Shown: piece by piece, positions 1-10,240 of the stretch
Layout of the letters: each line of letters starts with the position of its first letter
Position numbering within the stretch: position 1 is the first letter of the stretch
Assembly (NCBI GenBank): GCA_031422435.1
Contig: JANPLU010000115.1
Location: 1-59,454, forward strand
Direction: 5' to 3'
Length of the DNA: 59,454 nucleotides
From: Acaryochloridaceae cyanobacterium VAR_48_metabat_390
GTDB lineage: Bacteria > Cyanobacteriota > Cyanobacteriia > Thermosynechococcales > Thermosynechococcaceae
Translations under genes and position numbers: made by a program
The notes under the pieces: generated by a model
The model's database searches: none
Told to the model about the DNA's origin: nothing
What the model saw: only the letters and a program-made list of their open reading frames with translations

Positions 1-246
1 GAGCTATACACACTGCTGTCTCCCCCAAATTCTACATTGCCCACCGAACTGCTGACCCTTTGGCCGCTCATTTTAGAATCTACGGCTCCCGTGACTCAAG
101 AGGCTTGGGCATTGGGGCATACCTTAATTGAGCATTGGACGGGGGGCAATAGCGCTGCTGCACCCGCTCAAATTATGCCTACCCTGTCTGAGCGATATAA
201 ATTTTACCTACACGGCATAAATATCAAGCGCAATGAACTTGATTGA
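1..246 (+). CDS. 3' end of an unidentified protein (runs off the window edge)
   Basis: Frame +1 is open from base 1 to TGA at 244-246; no recognisable motif. Confidence 0.5.
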   Translation, partial: ELYTLLSPPNSTLPTELLTLWPLILESTAPVTQEAWALGHTLIEHWTGGNSAAAPAQIMPTLSERYKFYLHGINIKRNELD

Positions 247-471
247 GCGCTTCATCACCTCATTTTTTGGGCAGACTGATCTGTAGAGAAGGTCTTAAAT
301 TCAGAAGCTGTTTTTTAGGCTTGCGAACAATCTTCCCTCCGATGAGGTCAACAGGCTACGGTCTTGTCCCGCTCTCAGGAGCCACAATACGCGGCTGAAT
401 TGTTCAGCATTTATCCACCCACTGCCATCTTTTCTCTTAAGCTTTTGCCAAAGCATATTTCTTAAAATGCC

Positions 472-1026
472 ATGAACCGAGAAAACACCGATAGCCACGT
501 TTTGATGATCTATGACCAACCTGAACCGCGTCAATTTCTTTTAACGTCTGCCACCTATTCTCTAGGCAGAGACAAACACAATTCAATTGTGATTCCAAAT
601 CGAGGAATTTCTCGCCAACATGCCCTTCTGCTGCGGATGCCGCTCCCTGAACAGAAAGGCTATCGCTATCGCATCATTGATGGAAATTCTTCTGGCAGAG
701 CGAGCCTAAATGGCATTAGCGTTAATGGGGGTGCCTGCACGAGCCACGACTTAACGCCTGGAGATAGAATCCTCATTGGGGGTTTGGTTCAGATCGAATA
801 CCAAGTTTTGAGCATCCCCGCCAGCGGCAAATACTTTGACTATCTTAAAATCCAGGATCCGACCTACCACAGCATTAAAGCAAAACCTGTTAGCCCCAGC
901 GAAACCTTTGTCAATATTGAGGACTTTCAGCTCAATGAGCTGATGAGTGTTAGCCAAAATGTCATAACCCTGGAAGAACTGGAAGATGATACGCCCGTAA
1001 CAGAACTATTTAACAATCGTTTTTAA
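472..1026 (+). CDS. FHA domain-containing protein
   Basis: FHA motifs LGR, ISRQHA and SLNG; acidic C-terminal tail. Confidence 0.85.
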   Translation: MNRENTDSHVLMIYDQPEPRQFLLTSATYSLGRDKHNSIVIPNRGISRQHALLLRMPLPEQKGYRYRIIDGNSSGRASLNGISVNGGACTSHDLTPGDRILIGGLVQIEYQVLSIPASGKYFDYLKIQDPTYHSIKAKPVSPSETFVNIEDFQLNELMSVSQNVITLEELEDDTPVTELFNNRF

Positions 1027-1041
1027 GGCTCTCCTCAGCTC

Positions 1042-1758
1042 ATGTTGACCCTGCCTGCGCCTCTCACTGCGGAAAAAGTTGCACCCATGTCTTTGACCAA
1101 AGTCGTTCAGACTTTAGCAGAACATTCAGAATCAGATCGCATTTGTAAGCTTCTGCATTGGGTCTATACCGGTCGATGGGAAGGCACACCTGAGCAGTTG
1201 GGGCCATCCATGATCGGTCAAATTTTGCCCGCTTTAATGAAGCGAACGCCTTCCTATGATGTTCTAGAACGACGACTCTATAAAGCCGCTTCCGTTCTCA
1301 ACAAACCCGAACGGTACAGACAAATTGCCACAATTATCTTAAAGGCCTGCGCGGCACTGTACGCCTCAGAAGCACCTCCGTCGTCCCCCCAAGCTGACCT
1401 GTTCTTGACAACCACTGTGATGGGAGACGATGCCGAAGACGCACTGCCGATGACCACCATTGCTCAACCCGATCGGTTTGAGCTACGCCGTCGCGTTATG
1501 CAGCAGGTACCGCCCCTGAAGGTTAAAATTTTGCTGTTTTCTGTGCTTCGGCATCCGTTTTCTTTCGAGAACCTGGACTGGAAGGAGCTAAAAACTCAAT
1601 CTTTGGACGCTTGGTTAGCCGAACTAACGGAGACTTTTCCAGCACTCGATGTGCTGGAAAGAAGGCTATTTAATCAGGCGGCTGAGCTAACACGGCTTGA
1701 CCAAGGCACTCAAATTGCTGAGGCAGTGGTGCAGGCACTGCGTCTTCAAGTTCCTTAA
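1042..1758 (+). CDS. hypothetical protein with two related helical modules
   Basis: 238 aa ORF 15 nt after the FHA gene; DVLERRL occurs twice. Confidence 0.7.
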   Translation: MLTLPAPLTAEKVAPMSLTKVVQTLAEHSESDRICKLLHWVYTGRWEGTPEQLGPSMIGQILPALMKRTPSYDVLERRLYKAASVLNKPERYRQIATIILKACAALYASEAPPSSPQADLFLTTTVMGDDAEDALPMTTIAQPDRFELRRRVMQQVPPLKVKILLFSVLRHPFSFENLDWKELKTQSLDAWLAELTETFPALDVLERRLFNQAAELTRLDQGTQIAEAVVQALRLQVP

Positions 1759-1802
1759 ATCTAGATTTCCGTCGTTAGTCGTTATGCTGTGGCACCTTCA
1801 TT

Positions 1803-2837
1803 ATGAAGCGCGTTAACCCTATTCAAGAGAAAATTTCGGTTTCAGATACACAAACGCTGCTTCAGATGTATCGCCGAGGCGTTAGAAACTTTCAGTCGCA
1901 GTCTTTGCGTAATTTAGACCTTACGGGACTGGACTTAATTGATATCGATTTTTCCCACGCTAATTTATCGGGAAGCGATCTATCTTTGTCCTATCTCCAT
2001 CGAGGCAATTTCCGCGACTGTCATTTGATGCGATCGCAGCTACAAGGCGCAACCCTAAACCAGGCGAACTTCAGTCAGGCTAACCTATGTGACTCTAATT
2101 TGCATGGTGCTTCACTTCAGGGTGCTATTTTATTTGGAACGGATTTAGGGCTAGCAGATTTAACCGATGCAAATCTGATGGATGCTGATCTGAGGAGCGC
2201 AAACCTGTGCAGCGCAAACCTACAGGGCGCTTGCCTGCGAGGGGCAAACTTTAGAGAAGAGGCTGGGGTAAACGGCACCACCCTTCAGGGGGCAATACTA
2301 GATGATGCCGATCTACGCGGCGCAAACCTTAAGGGCGCAAACTTAGATCGCGCCAGCCTTAAAAAGGCAAACCTCGCCTTTGCAAACCTCCGAGGCGTTT
2401 CGCTCAAAAATGCCAACCTGGAGGGGGTCAATTTAGAAGGCGCTGTCATGTCTGACGTAGATGCATCAGATGCAAACTTCAGTTGGGCAAACCTACAGGA
2501 TGCCAAGCTAGAGCGCATTAACCTAAGTCGCGTGAACCTAGAAAAAGGAAACTTAGGCGGCGCAATCTTAGCAGATGCCAAGTTAAGCTATGCCAACTTA
2601 AAACAGGCCAATCTACGAAGCGCAAAACTAACCCGTACAGATCTCAGCCATGCCTGTCTCCAGTTTGCGGACTTAAGCGACAGTTCAGTCATTCGCGCCT
2701 ATTTAGCGCGAGCTGATCTCTCAAACGCAGATCTCAGTCGCGCCAATTTGTTTGGGGCTGAGCTAAGCAGTGCAACCATGATACGCGTTGTTTTTTTAGA
2801 AACGACGTTGCCAGACGGCAGAATTTCAAGTCCCTAA
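1803..2837 (+). CDS. pentapeptide repeat protein
   Basis: Long A(N/D)Lxx repeat run; typical YxxGxRNF start and LPDG end. Confidence 0.95.
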   Translation: MKRVNPIQEKISVSDTQTLLQMYRRGVRNFQSQSLRNLDLTGLDLIDIDFSHANLSGSDLSLSYLHRGNFRDCHLMRSQLQGATLNQANFSQANLCDSNLHGASLQGAILFGTDLGLADLTDANLMDADLRSANLCSANLQGACLRGANFREEAGVNGTTLQGAILDDADLRGANLKGANLDRASLKKANLAFANLRGVSLKNANLEGVNLEGAVMSDVDASDANFSWANLQDAKLERINLSRVNLEKGNLGGAILADAKLSYANLKQANLRSAKLTRTDLSHACLQFADLSDSSVIRAYLARADLSNADLSRANLFGAELSSATMIRVVFLETTLPDGRISSP

Positions 2838-2903
2838 TTTTCTGCCACAACGCTTTAATCTCAATCGCTGTACTAGTCGTAATACAGCCAATATCTTGTC
2901 AAG

Positions 2904-2930
2904 AAAAACCCCTAGCAAGCTTGCTAAGGG
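2904..2930 (-). terminator. probable intrinsic terminator
   Basis: CCC-TAGCAA-gc-TTGCTA-a-GGG hairpin next to an A5 tract, between convergent genes. Confidence 0.5.
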
Positions 2931-3071
2931 CTAATTTGTGCATTCTCGCCCATTATTTCAAATGCTTTTGCGATTAACATCTGCCTGCAGTATGATCTAT
3001 TGCCCTGCTGATAAAGTGTCGCCTGCGGCGTACACAACTCAATCACAAAATCTGAAGAACCTTCTTTAGCG

Positions 3072-3392
3072 CTAGCTGACTTGTTTCCGGCGCTGCTCAA
3101 TGAGATGCAGCGGCAGGCTCAGCACACAGCAAAATGTCAGAATGTACGAGAGCAGCATTAGAATCCGAAGGCTGCACGCTGGCGACTGAGGGAAGGCCGT
3201 ACACAATTGCTCTCCCCAGTGAGCTGAGCAGTACACCAGCCAATACACAAAGGCTAAACGAGTCAAGGTTTCTTGTGCCGCTTCTGCATCAGAGGGATCT
3301 TCGATGGGCGATCGCCCATAAAAGTAAAGTCCAGCAACTGACGCAACACAGGAAACAAGAAGAATACAATCGTGCCAGGATAGAGTTGGCAT
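3072..3392 (-). CDS. small hypothetical membrane protein
   Basis: 106 aa with about three hydrophobic segments; ATG start. Confidence 0.55.
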   Translation of the reverse strand: MPTLSWHDCILLVSCVASVAGLYFYGRSPIEDPSDAEAAQETLTRLAFVYWLVYCSAHWGEQLCTAFPQSPACSLRILMLLSYILTFCCVLSLPLHLIEQRRKQVS

Positions 3393-3557
3393 AGGTAACG
3401 CGCCACAAAAAGAGACTGTACTGCACCCGCTAGTTTAAAAGATGACGTGGCGACTTTCCCTAAAAGCCTCACAAATCTAAACTTAAAAAGGGAGCTTAAA
3501 TCAGACCAAAACCAATAAAATGCCCAGTGAATAAGCCTTTGTGGTCTGTTAATTTTT

Positions 3558-4370
3558 ATGGAGAATCTGCCGTTTCTACAGCTGTCTCAAGGGCACCTAC
3601 AAATCTTAGAAACCTGCCCTCGAAAGTTCCAATCCGTTTTTTTAGATAACTTAACGTTTCCGCAGCCCTCTCTAGGATCAGACAAACAGGAGTTAGGGAA
3701 ACAGTTTCATCAACTGATGCAGCAGCAGGCATTGGGTCTAGACATTCAGCCCCTGCTAGACGATAGCCCAAAACTGCAGGGATGGTTTCAGCATTTTCAA
3801 GATTCACCGCCACCTTTAATGTCTAGGCAACATCGTCAAAGCGAATACTCATGCACTCTAGCGCTAGAAGAGTTTACGCTGACTGCGGTGTTTGATCTGC
3901 TGATTCAGGAGGGCGATCGCGCCCAAATTGCAGACTGGAAAACCTATCGTCGTCCCCTGCGTGCCCAGCTCATTGAGCAGCACTGGCAAACGCGGCTGTA
4001 TCTGTTTATGGCGGCAGAAGCATTGGGATATATGCCAGATCGTGTTTCGATGGTGTACTGGTTTGCAGAGTCTACCCCCGAAAACGGCGACCCTTCTCAA
4101 AGTTGGCTATCTGTAGCCTACTCTGAGTCTATGCATCAACAGACCCAAGCAACTTTGACAAAGCTGCTTAGGTCTTTAAGGAAATGGATGCAGGATTTTA
4201 CGACAAACCATCAAAACTTTCCCCAAGTTTCTCTGAGTGCTAAAAAGTGTTGGTCAAAGGCGCAGTGCTGTCCATTCGTGACCCACTGTCACCGCACGCC
4301 AGATAGTGCACGGACAGATTTAGAAGATCTGACAAACCTAGGGGCGATCGCAGAAGTTACCCTTGATTAA
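3558..4370 (+). CDS. PD-(D/E)XK nuclease family protein (AddB/Cas4-like)
   Basis: CPRKF near the N-terminus, FDLL...IADWKT, QTRLY, and C-terminal Cys cluster CWSKAQCCPFVTHC. Confidence 0.85.
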   Translation: MENLPFLQLSQGHLQILETCPRKFQSVFLDNLTFPQPSLGSDKQELGKQFHQLMQQQALGLDIQPLLDDSPKLQGWFQHFQDSPPPLMSRQHRQSEYSCTLALEEFTLTAVFDLLIQEGDRAQIADWKTYRRPLRAQLIEQHWQTRLYLFMAAEALGYMPDRVSMVYWFAESTPENGDPSQSWLSVAYSESMHQQTQATLTKLLRSLRKWMQDFTTNHQNFPQVSLSAKKCWSKAQCCPFVTHCHRTPDSARTDLEDLTNLGAIAEVTLD

Positions 4371-4376
4371 TCGGCA

Positions 4377-5834
4377 TTAACTGAGCATTTTTTGCTTCAG
4401 TAATAGCCAAATAAACGGCAGGTCATTAATCAAATACCGTTTCCAAAGTCGCTTAGGCTCCATTACCAAACGGTAGAGCCACTCAACGCCCATCATGCTA
4501 GCCAAACGAGGGGCGCGGGGCACAAGGCCAGCCTCAAAATCAATGGTTGCGCCAATCGCAAAAATAATATTAACAGATGTCAAATACTGCCGATATTGGC
4601 TGATCCACTGCTCCTGCTTGGGTGCTCCCACGCCAATGGCTAAAACCGTTGCGCCTGACTGATTAATTCGCGCAACGATGCGCCGACATTCTTCTTCATC
4701 TTTGTCAAATCCCAGGGGCGGAGAGTAGGCATCTATGACAATATGGCGACCCACCTTTTCATTGATGTTGACTTGAGCCTGCACAGAGGCTTCTCCCATG
4801 CCCCCTAGCAAAAATATGGTCATTTCTAGATTATCTTTATGATGCTGATAAAAAGCAGGGAATAAATCTGAGCCAGAAATTTTTTCGAGAATGGGCGAAC
4901 CTAAGAACCTAGAGGCAAAGAAAAGAATTTGGCTATCACATAATTTATAGTCTGCAATGCTGTAAGCGCGTCCAAAATCTCGATCTTTCCTAACGTTGAC
5001 AAGATGGTCAACGTTAGGTGTAAAGACAGTTCCCTTATGAAGATTATTTAGAAAATCACTCATAGAAAGATTGTCAATAGGTACGCCTAAAATATCAACC
5101 TTGCCCGTCATACAAAGCTCTGGACTGGGCGGCTTAAGATGATAGCCTTGAACTGGGCCGGTTCTAAGCTTCTCCAAAAACATAGACGTGTCAATAGCAT
5201 CAACTGATTTTGCTACAACCATTTGGTTGAGAGACCGACCCACTTCAAAAATAGAATTCAGCAGGATTTCTGAATCTAAGTTTTGAGCAGACTGATGAAT
5301 TAAGTCACCCCTAATTTTAACAAAATCGACATTCAGCTTTTCCCACTGCATAAAAGTGAGATAGTCGTTAGCAAAATTGTCTAAGATAATGGTGCAGCCA
5401 ATTTGCTTAAGATCTTCAATAAGAGCAATATGGCTTTTAATATCTTTTGAAATATTTTTCTCAGAAAACTCTAGATGAATCCTGCTGGGATCGATCTGAG
5501 TCTCCGTAATTAAGTCATAGATAAACGTCGCAATTTGACGATCTTCTAAAACTTCTCTCGAGAGATTAACAGAAAGCGTTGAGCCAAGGCTTCGATCCAA
5601 AATTCCTGCGGCTTTCTCAAGCACAAACCGATCTAGCCACTTTTCTAAACCCTCTTCAAAAATAGAGGGCATAAAGTCTCGAGGACTTTTGAGTGTGCCG
5701 CTCGCCGATCTCCACCTCAGTAAAATTTCATTATGCAGTACGGTTCCGCTGGGCAGGTTATAGACCGGCTGATACCATAGCTCAAACTGCTGGGTTTTAA
5801 GAGGAGAGGTTTCGTGCCGAGAAAACGTTTGCAT
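4377..5834 (-). CDS. degenerate EAL domain fused to WecB/TagA/CpsF (GT26) glycosyltransferase
   Basis: N-half: YQP, EILLR, SVNLS, QGY. C-half: TPNVDH, GSDL, GVGAPKQE, GATIDF, RAP, EWLYRL...EPKRLWKRY. Confidence 0.9.
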   Translation of the reverse strand: MQTFSRHETSPLKTQQFELWYQPVYNLPSGTVLHNEILLRWRSASGTLKSPRDFMPSIFEEGLEKWLDRFVLEKAAGILDRSLGSTLSVNLSREVLEDRQIATFIYDLITETQIDPSRIHLEFSEKNISKDIKSHIALIEDLKQIGCTIILDNFANDYLTFMQWEKLNVDFVKIRGDLIHQSAQNLDSEILLNSIFEVGRSLNQMVVAKSVDAIDTSMFLEKLRTGPVQGYHLKPPSPELCMTGKVDILGVPIDNLSMSDFLNNLHKGTVFTPNVDHLVNVRKDRDFGRAYSIADYKLCDSQILFFASRFLGSPILEKISGSDLFPAFYQHHKDNLEMTIFLLGGMGEASVQAQVNINEKVGRHIVIDAYSPPLGFDKDEEECRRIVARINQSGATVLAIGVGAPKQEQWISQYRQYLTSVNIIFAIGATIDFEAGLVPRAPRLASMMGVEWLYRLVMEPKRLWKRYLINDLPFIWLLLKQKMLS

Positions 5835-5961
5835 TTAGAAAGATTCTATTTTCAAGCGGTGAAAGAAAAAAAGGTGAATATACAGACAGATAAAGGAGAT
5901 ATTTGAGCAATATTTTATGCTCAAATTTGAGTCGTCTGTGACGACACCATTAACCTTTGTT

Positions 5962-5970
5962 AGTATTCCC
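5962..5970 (-). promoter_or_regulatory. candidate SigJ/SigF-type promoter element (J-box GGGAATACT)
   Basis: Exact GGGAATACT on the minus strand about 128 nt upstream of the EAL-GT start; near-match GTGAATACT at 6022-6030. Confidence 0.45.
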
Positions 5971-6113
5971 TAAATTCAGATTAATGTTTCTGTTCTTAAG
6001 CAAAAATGCAGCAATCATTCCAGTATTCACAAAAAAAGTGACGCAAAAGTTATAAATTATGACCACATCGGTTGAATTGTAGCTGACGTGAAAGCGGCAA
6101 AGGGAAGTTCCGC

Positions 6114-7877
6114 TTAAATTCCGTGGCTCTTACCCACCACCCAATGACGACGAAAAAATTTAGACAGTGACTGCTCATCTAAGCGCAGGTAAATCGGCCT
6201 TCCGTGGGGGCAGGTGCGCGGGTGCTGGGTTTGCTGCCACTGATCTAGTAAAGTCTGCATTTCACTCAGAGATAAGGTCTGACCGTTACGAATGGCGCTC
6301 CGGCAGGCAGTGGCAACCAGGGCAGGCTGCGGATCGGTACAGTGGCTCAGCTCATAAATGGCCTGAAGACAGTCGGGTCGCGCAGCCAAAATTTTAGGCG
6401 CGGCGCGAACTATCCAAAGATCTGATCCAAAAGATTCGGCAGGCAGACCCAGATGGGCAAGGTTTTGCAGTTGCGTTGGGCTGAGGTGATTCAGGGTGAG
6501 GGGCGTCTCTAGGTTGATAACCTGCCAGTCTTGACACAGTTTTTCGTACAGCACGCGCTCATGGGCAATGTGCTGCTCGACCAGCCATAGCCCTGCGGGG
6601 TGTTCTGCCATGATGTAGGTCTGGTGAAACTGGGCGATCGCCCGTAATGCCCCCAACGGCAAACCCTCAGAAACCGCCGCTGACGCTGAAGAGCCTTGAG
6701 GAAGACTGTCTGAAAGACTGAGAGGCGGCGCTAACGCATAGCGACCCTTGGCCTCAGCACTCTTTAAAAACTGGCGCATCTGCAACCCTGATGGGTCTGA
6801 AGACGTCGAAAGGTTGAGTACCCGATGAATGCCCTGGGTAATCTGTTCTTTCCAAGCCTCAAGCTGACGAAGATAGATGTGAGACTTAGAGGCGGTTCGA
6901 TTCCAGTCTACGCAGTCTGCCGAAACCTTAAGCTGAATCCAGCACAGGGGATGGCGATGGCGCGGCAGCATTTGGCGAAAGGCATTGAGAATGCTTTGCT
7001 CTAGAGATCCCCACTGCTCTGAGGGCGATTGGGCATTCACACTAACGCGGCGACCATTGACGGCAACGCGCACCCAGTCAGGGCGATGGCGGTGGTAGCG
7101 CTCGGGGAGTCCGACCAAAATTTCTAGGGTTGCTTTAGAGAGATCCGAAGCGCTGGTCAAAGGGCTGGCTGCATTTGCGTTGGGGATCTCAACGGTCAAC
7201 GTTTCGTAGCGCAGATCTTCGGGCTTCAGTTTATGAATGAGCTGAAGCATAATATCCTTGGCATTTTGGCCTGGGGCAATGCTAAACCAAGGCCGATGAT
7301 TGTGATAGGTCTGCCAAGTCACCTGAGGATGACAGAGGGCGTAGTCACCAATCATGGTCTGAATGCTTGAGAGATTCTGATTAGTTGGAGTGATGATCTG
7401 CTGACGAGAAGGCCAGGTTTCAAACAGATGCGTGACGGTCACGGTAGTGCCTGTCGCCATTGCAATTTCTGTGGCTTGGGCGACAGCGCCCGTCGCACCG
7501 TAGCAAACCTGCCAACCTGTAGAAGACGTTTGGGCACGACTACAAATCTCAAGCGTCCCTAACTGGGTAAGACTATGGAGGGCTTCCCCCCGAAACCCTA
7601 GGGTGTGCAGTGCGCTCAGATGCTCAAATGTCGAAATTTTGCTGGTGGTGTGGGGCAGAGCAGCCTGCTGGAGGTTTGCCCAGTTGAGTCCAACGCCATT
7701 ATCTGCGACCTCAACTTTGCCAAGGTCTGTCCATAGAGAAATGGAAATTCTGGTGGCAGCGGCATCGAGGGCATTATCAATAAGTTCTCTAACCACAGCC
7801 CCTAAAGAGTCGATAACCTCTCCAGCGGCAATGCGATAAACAAGTTCAGGATGCAGTGGCTGGATGACGTTGCCCAT
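6114..7877 (-). CDS. mutL: DNA mismatch repair endonuclease MutL
   Basis: IAAGEVI, ELIDNALDA, GFRGEAL, EQHIAHER, ACR, CPHGRP. Confidence 0.95.
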   Translation of the reverse strand: MGNVIQPLHPELVYRIAAGEVIDSLGAVVRELIDNALDAAATRISISLWTDLGKVEVADNGVGLNWANLQQAALPHTTSKISTFEHLSALHTLGFRGEALHSLTQLGTLEICSRAQTSSTGWQVCYGATGAVAQATEIAMATGTTVTVTHLFETWPSRQQIITPTNQNLSSIQTMIGDYALCHPQVTWQTYHNHRPWFSIAPGQNAKDIMLQLIHKLKPEDLRYETLTVEIPNANAASPLTSASDLSKATLEILVGLPERYHRHRPDWVRVAVNGRRVSVNAQSPSEQWGSLEQSILNAFRQMLPRHRHPLCWIQLKVSADCVDWNRTASKSHIYLRQLEAWKEQITQGIHRVLNLSTSSDPSGLQMRQFLKSAEAKGRYALAPPLSLSDSLPQGSSASAAVSEGLPLGALRAIAQFHQTYIMAEHPAGLWLVEQHIAHERVLYEKLCQDWQVINLETPLTLNHLSPTQLQNLAHLGLPAESFGSDLWIVRAAPKILAARPDCLQAIYELSHCTDPQPALVATACRSAIRNGQTLSLSEMQTLLDQWQQTQHPRTCPHGRPIYLRLDEQSLSKFFRRHWVVGKSHGI

Positions 7878-7881
7878 GTCT

Positions 7882-8526
7882 TCAGTTTAATGAACTGGCG
7901 GACGGGCGGCGCGGCTTCTTTTTAAGGAGGGTGGGATCTTCTCGGAGCGTCGCACAGACAGTCTGAATGGTTTGCTCTAGGATGGCGACGGGGAGTTCGG
8001 TATCGGCTTCAAAGGCGATCGCCAGCTGTCTCTCTTGAGTCAACGGCACCAGATAAAACTCTAGGTAAGACATACCGCCATTTTTAGGCTGCATCAGCAC
8101 CTCGCCCGTGAGGTCTTGCCCCATGAATCGACGGGTTTGACGAGATTGAGGAGTGGTTGTAAGCCCCCAAAAGCTAAAGCGCACATATTCTGATAGCTCC
8201 CGTGAGCCTAGGGCAGAAATCCCTAAGGCACTGGGCTGAATTTCGAGCAGACGCACCGAAACGTGGCGCGTCTGGGCAGTGGCAGCTGCTGGAAAAACAA
8301 CGCCTACTGTTTTGCCGCCGAGAGGCTGCAAAGAAGAAAATCCTGGCGGTGTTTCAAAAATAACGCCTTGGGTTTGATACGGCTGTCGCTGAGGCGCAAG
8401 GATTGGGGCTGGCGCTGAGGGCTTTACTTCATTTTGCGAGACGGGGGAGGCATTAGCCTGGGACAAGAGGAAGCAACCGCCTAGGGCAAGGCTAACTGCA
8501 ACACACAACACAGATGCTAGAGACAT
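7882..8526 (-). CDS. hypothetical exported protein
   Basis: Signal-peptide-like N-terminus ending ANA; stop 4 nt before the mutL start. Confidence 0.7.
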   Translation of the reverse strand: MSLASVLCVAVSLALGGCFLLSQANASPVSQNEVKPSAPAPILAPQRQPYQTQGVIFETPPGFSSLQPLGGKTVGVVFPAAATAQTRHVSVRLLEIQPSALGISALGSRELSEYVRFSFWGLTTTPQSRQTRRFMGQDLTGEVLMQPKNGGMSYLEFYLVPLTQERQLAIAFEADTELPVAILEQTIQTVCATLREDPTLLKKKPRRPSASSLN

Positions 8527-8552
8527 CGGGGAGATTCCTTAAGCGGACGCTT

Positions 8553-9968
8553 TTACAAGTTGGGGTGGGTCATATCTTTAGGTTGCACCACTTGGTCAAA
8601 TTCTTCGCCCGTCAGGTAGCCCAGTTCTAGACAAACTTCGCGCAAGGTTTTCGCCTCGGCATAGGCTTTTTTTGCCACGGCAGCGGCGTTGTCATAGCCA
8701 ATTTTGGGGGTGAGCGCCGTCACCAGCATTAAAGAGCGTTGCAGAAGCGCCTCAATTTGGGGGCGGTTAGGCTCTAGCCCCACTACTAAGTGATCGGTAA
8801 AAGAGCTACAGGCATCCGCCAGTAGGCCAATAGAGTGCAGCAGATTGTGGATCATCACAGGCTTAAACACGTTTAGCTCAAAGTTGCCCTGACTGCCCGC
8901 AAAGGCGATCGCCGCGTCATTGCCCATCACCTGCACGCACACCATCGTCATGGCTTCGCACTGGGTGGGGTTGACCTTCCCTGGCATAATTGAAGACCCT
9001 GGCTCATTGGCAGGTAAAATGAGTTCTCCTAACCCACACCGAGGGCCAGAACCCAGCCAGCGCAGATCGTTAGCGATTTTGAGTAGGGACGTGGCTAAGG
9101 TCTTTAAGGCACCGCTTGCCATTACCACAGCATCATGAGCCGCTAAAGCCGCAAACTTATTGGGGGCGGTCACAAAGGGCAGTTGAGTAAGCGCCGCAAG
9201 TTTAATCGCCACACGCTCGGCAAATTCTGGATGGGTATTGAGTCCGGTACCCACAGCAGTACCGCCCAGCGCCAGCTCGTAGAGATCGGGCAGTACGTTT
9301 TGAAGCCGAGCTAAATTTTGGTCAAGCTGGTAGACATAGCCAGAAAATTCTTGCCCGAGGGTGAGGGGCACAGCATCCATAAGGTGAGTGCGACCAATTT
9401 TGACGATATCTTGGTAGGCTTTGGCCTTTTCATCGAGCGCCATCTTTAGTTTTGTCACCATCGGCAAAAGCTGATGATTGAGCGACTCCGCTGCCGCAAT
9501 GTGCATTGCAGTGGGAAACACATCGTTAGAAGACTGAGACTGGTTAACGTGATCGTTAGGATGCACGGGGGTTTGACTGCCCAGTACGCCACCCAGAAGG
9601 GCGATCGCCCGATTAGCAATCACTTCATTGGCGTTCATATTACTTTGGGTGCCGCTACCCGTTTGCCAAACCCGCAGCGGAAAGTGGTCATCCCACTGAC
9701 CTTCTATTACCTCTTTTGCCGCCTGAATAATGGAATCCGCTAACTTAGGCGGCAAAAGACTTAAATCTTGATTCACCTCAGCCGCCGCCGCTTTGACCAA
9801 GCCCAAGGCACGAATCATCTCACGGGGCATCACGTCACTGCCGATAGCAAAATAGGTGAGTGATCGCTGAGTTTGTGCGCCCCAGTAACGATCTTGGGGG
9901 ACGGCAATTTCTCCCATCGTGTCTCGCTCAAGTCTAGTATTGGGGGGTTGCTGCGCCATAGATGTCAT
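8553..9968 (-). CDS. fumC: class II fumarate hydratase
   Basis: [31 protein letters not shown]; start set at ATG 9968 after GGAG. Confidence 0.95.
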   Translation of the reverse strand: MTSMAQQPPNTRLERDTMGEIAVPQDRYWGAQTQRSLTYFAIGSDVMPREMIRALGLVKAAAAEVNQDLSLLPPKLADSIIQAAKEVIEGQWDDHFPLRVWQTGSGTQSNMNANEVIANRAIALLGGVLGSQTPVHPNDHVNQSQSSNDVFPTAMHIAAAESLNHQLLPMVTKLKMALDEKAKAYQDIVKIGRTHLMDAVPLTLGQEFSGYVYQLDQNLARLQNVLPDLYELALGGTAVGTGLNTHPEFAERVAIKLAALTQLPFVTAPNKFAALAAHDAVVMASGALKTLATSLLKIANDLRWLGSGPRCGLGELILPANEPGSSIMPGKVNPTQCEAMTMVCVQVMGNDAAIAFAGSQGNFELNVFKPVMIHNLLHSIGLLADACSSFTDHLVVGLEPNRPQIEALLQRSLMLVTALTPKIGYDNAAAVAKKAYAEAKTLREVCLELGYLTGEEFDQVVQPKDMTHPNL

Positions 9969-10240
9969 GATGTTTTCTTCTCCTAGGGACGCCATCCTAA
10001 TGCTCAACCGAGTCAGGATTTTACAAGAGTGGTCAACCCAATATCTTGGGGCTATTATGGGCTTACTTGCAAGACTCAATCTTCAGTAAAATATTGGTCT
10101 AGACCTTATACATCGGCAGCGTTGCCCATATAAAAGTCTGGCTAGCGGGGGTAAATCGCAAATCTTTTAGGTAAACTGAGCAGCACAACGGCGGTTCATA
10201 ATGCTTTGCTTATTTATTCATCTACTGCCCTAGTCTTTTT

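Noticed and set aside
3134..3472. ORFs 3134-3394 (+) and 3263-3472 (-)
   Set aside because: Overlap the more plausible membrane-protein ORF 3072-3392 and lack motifs
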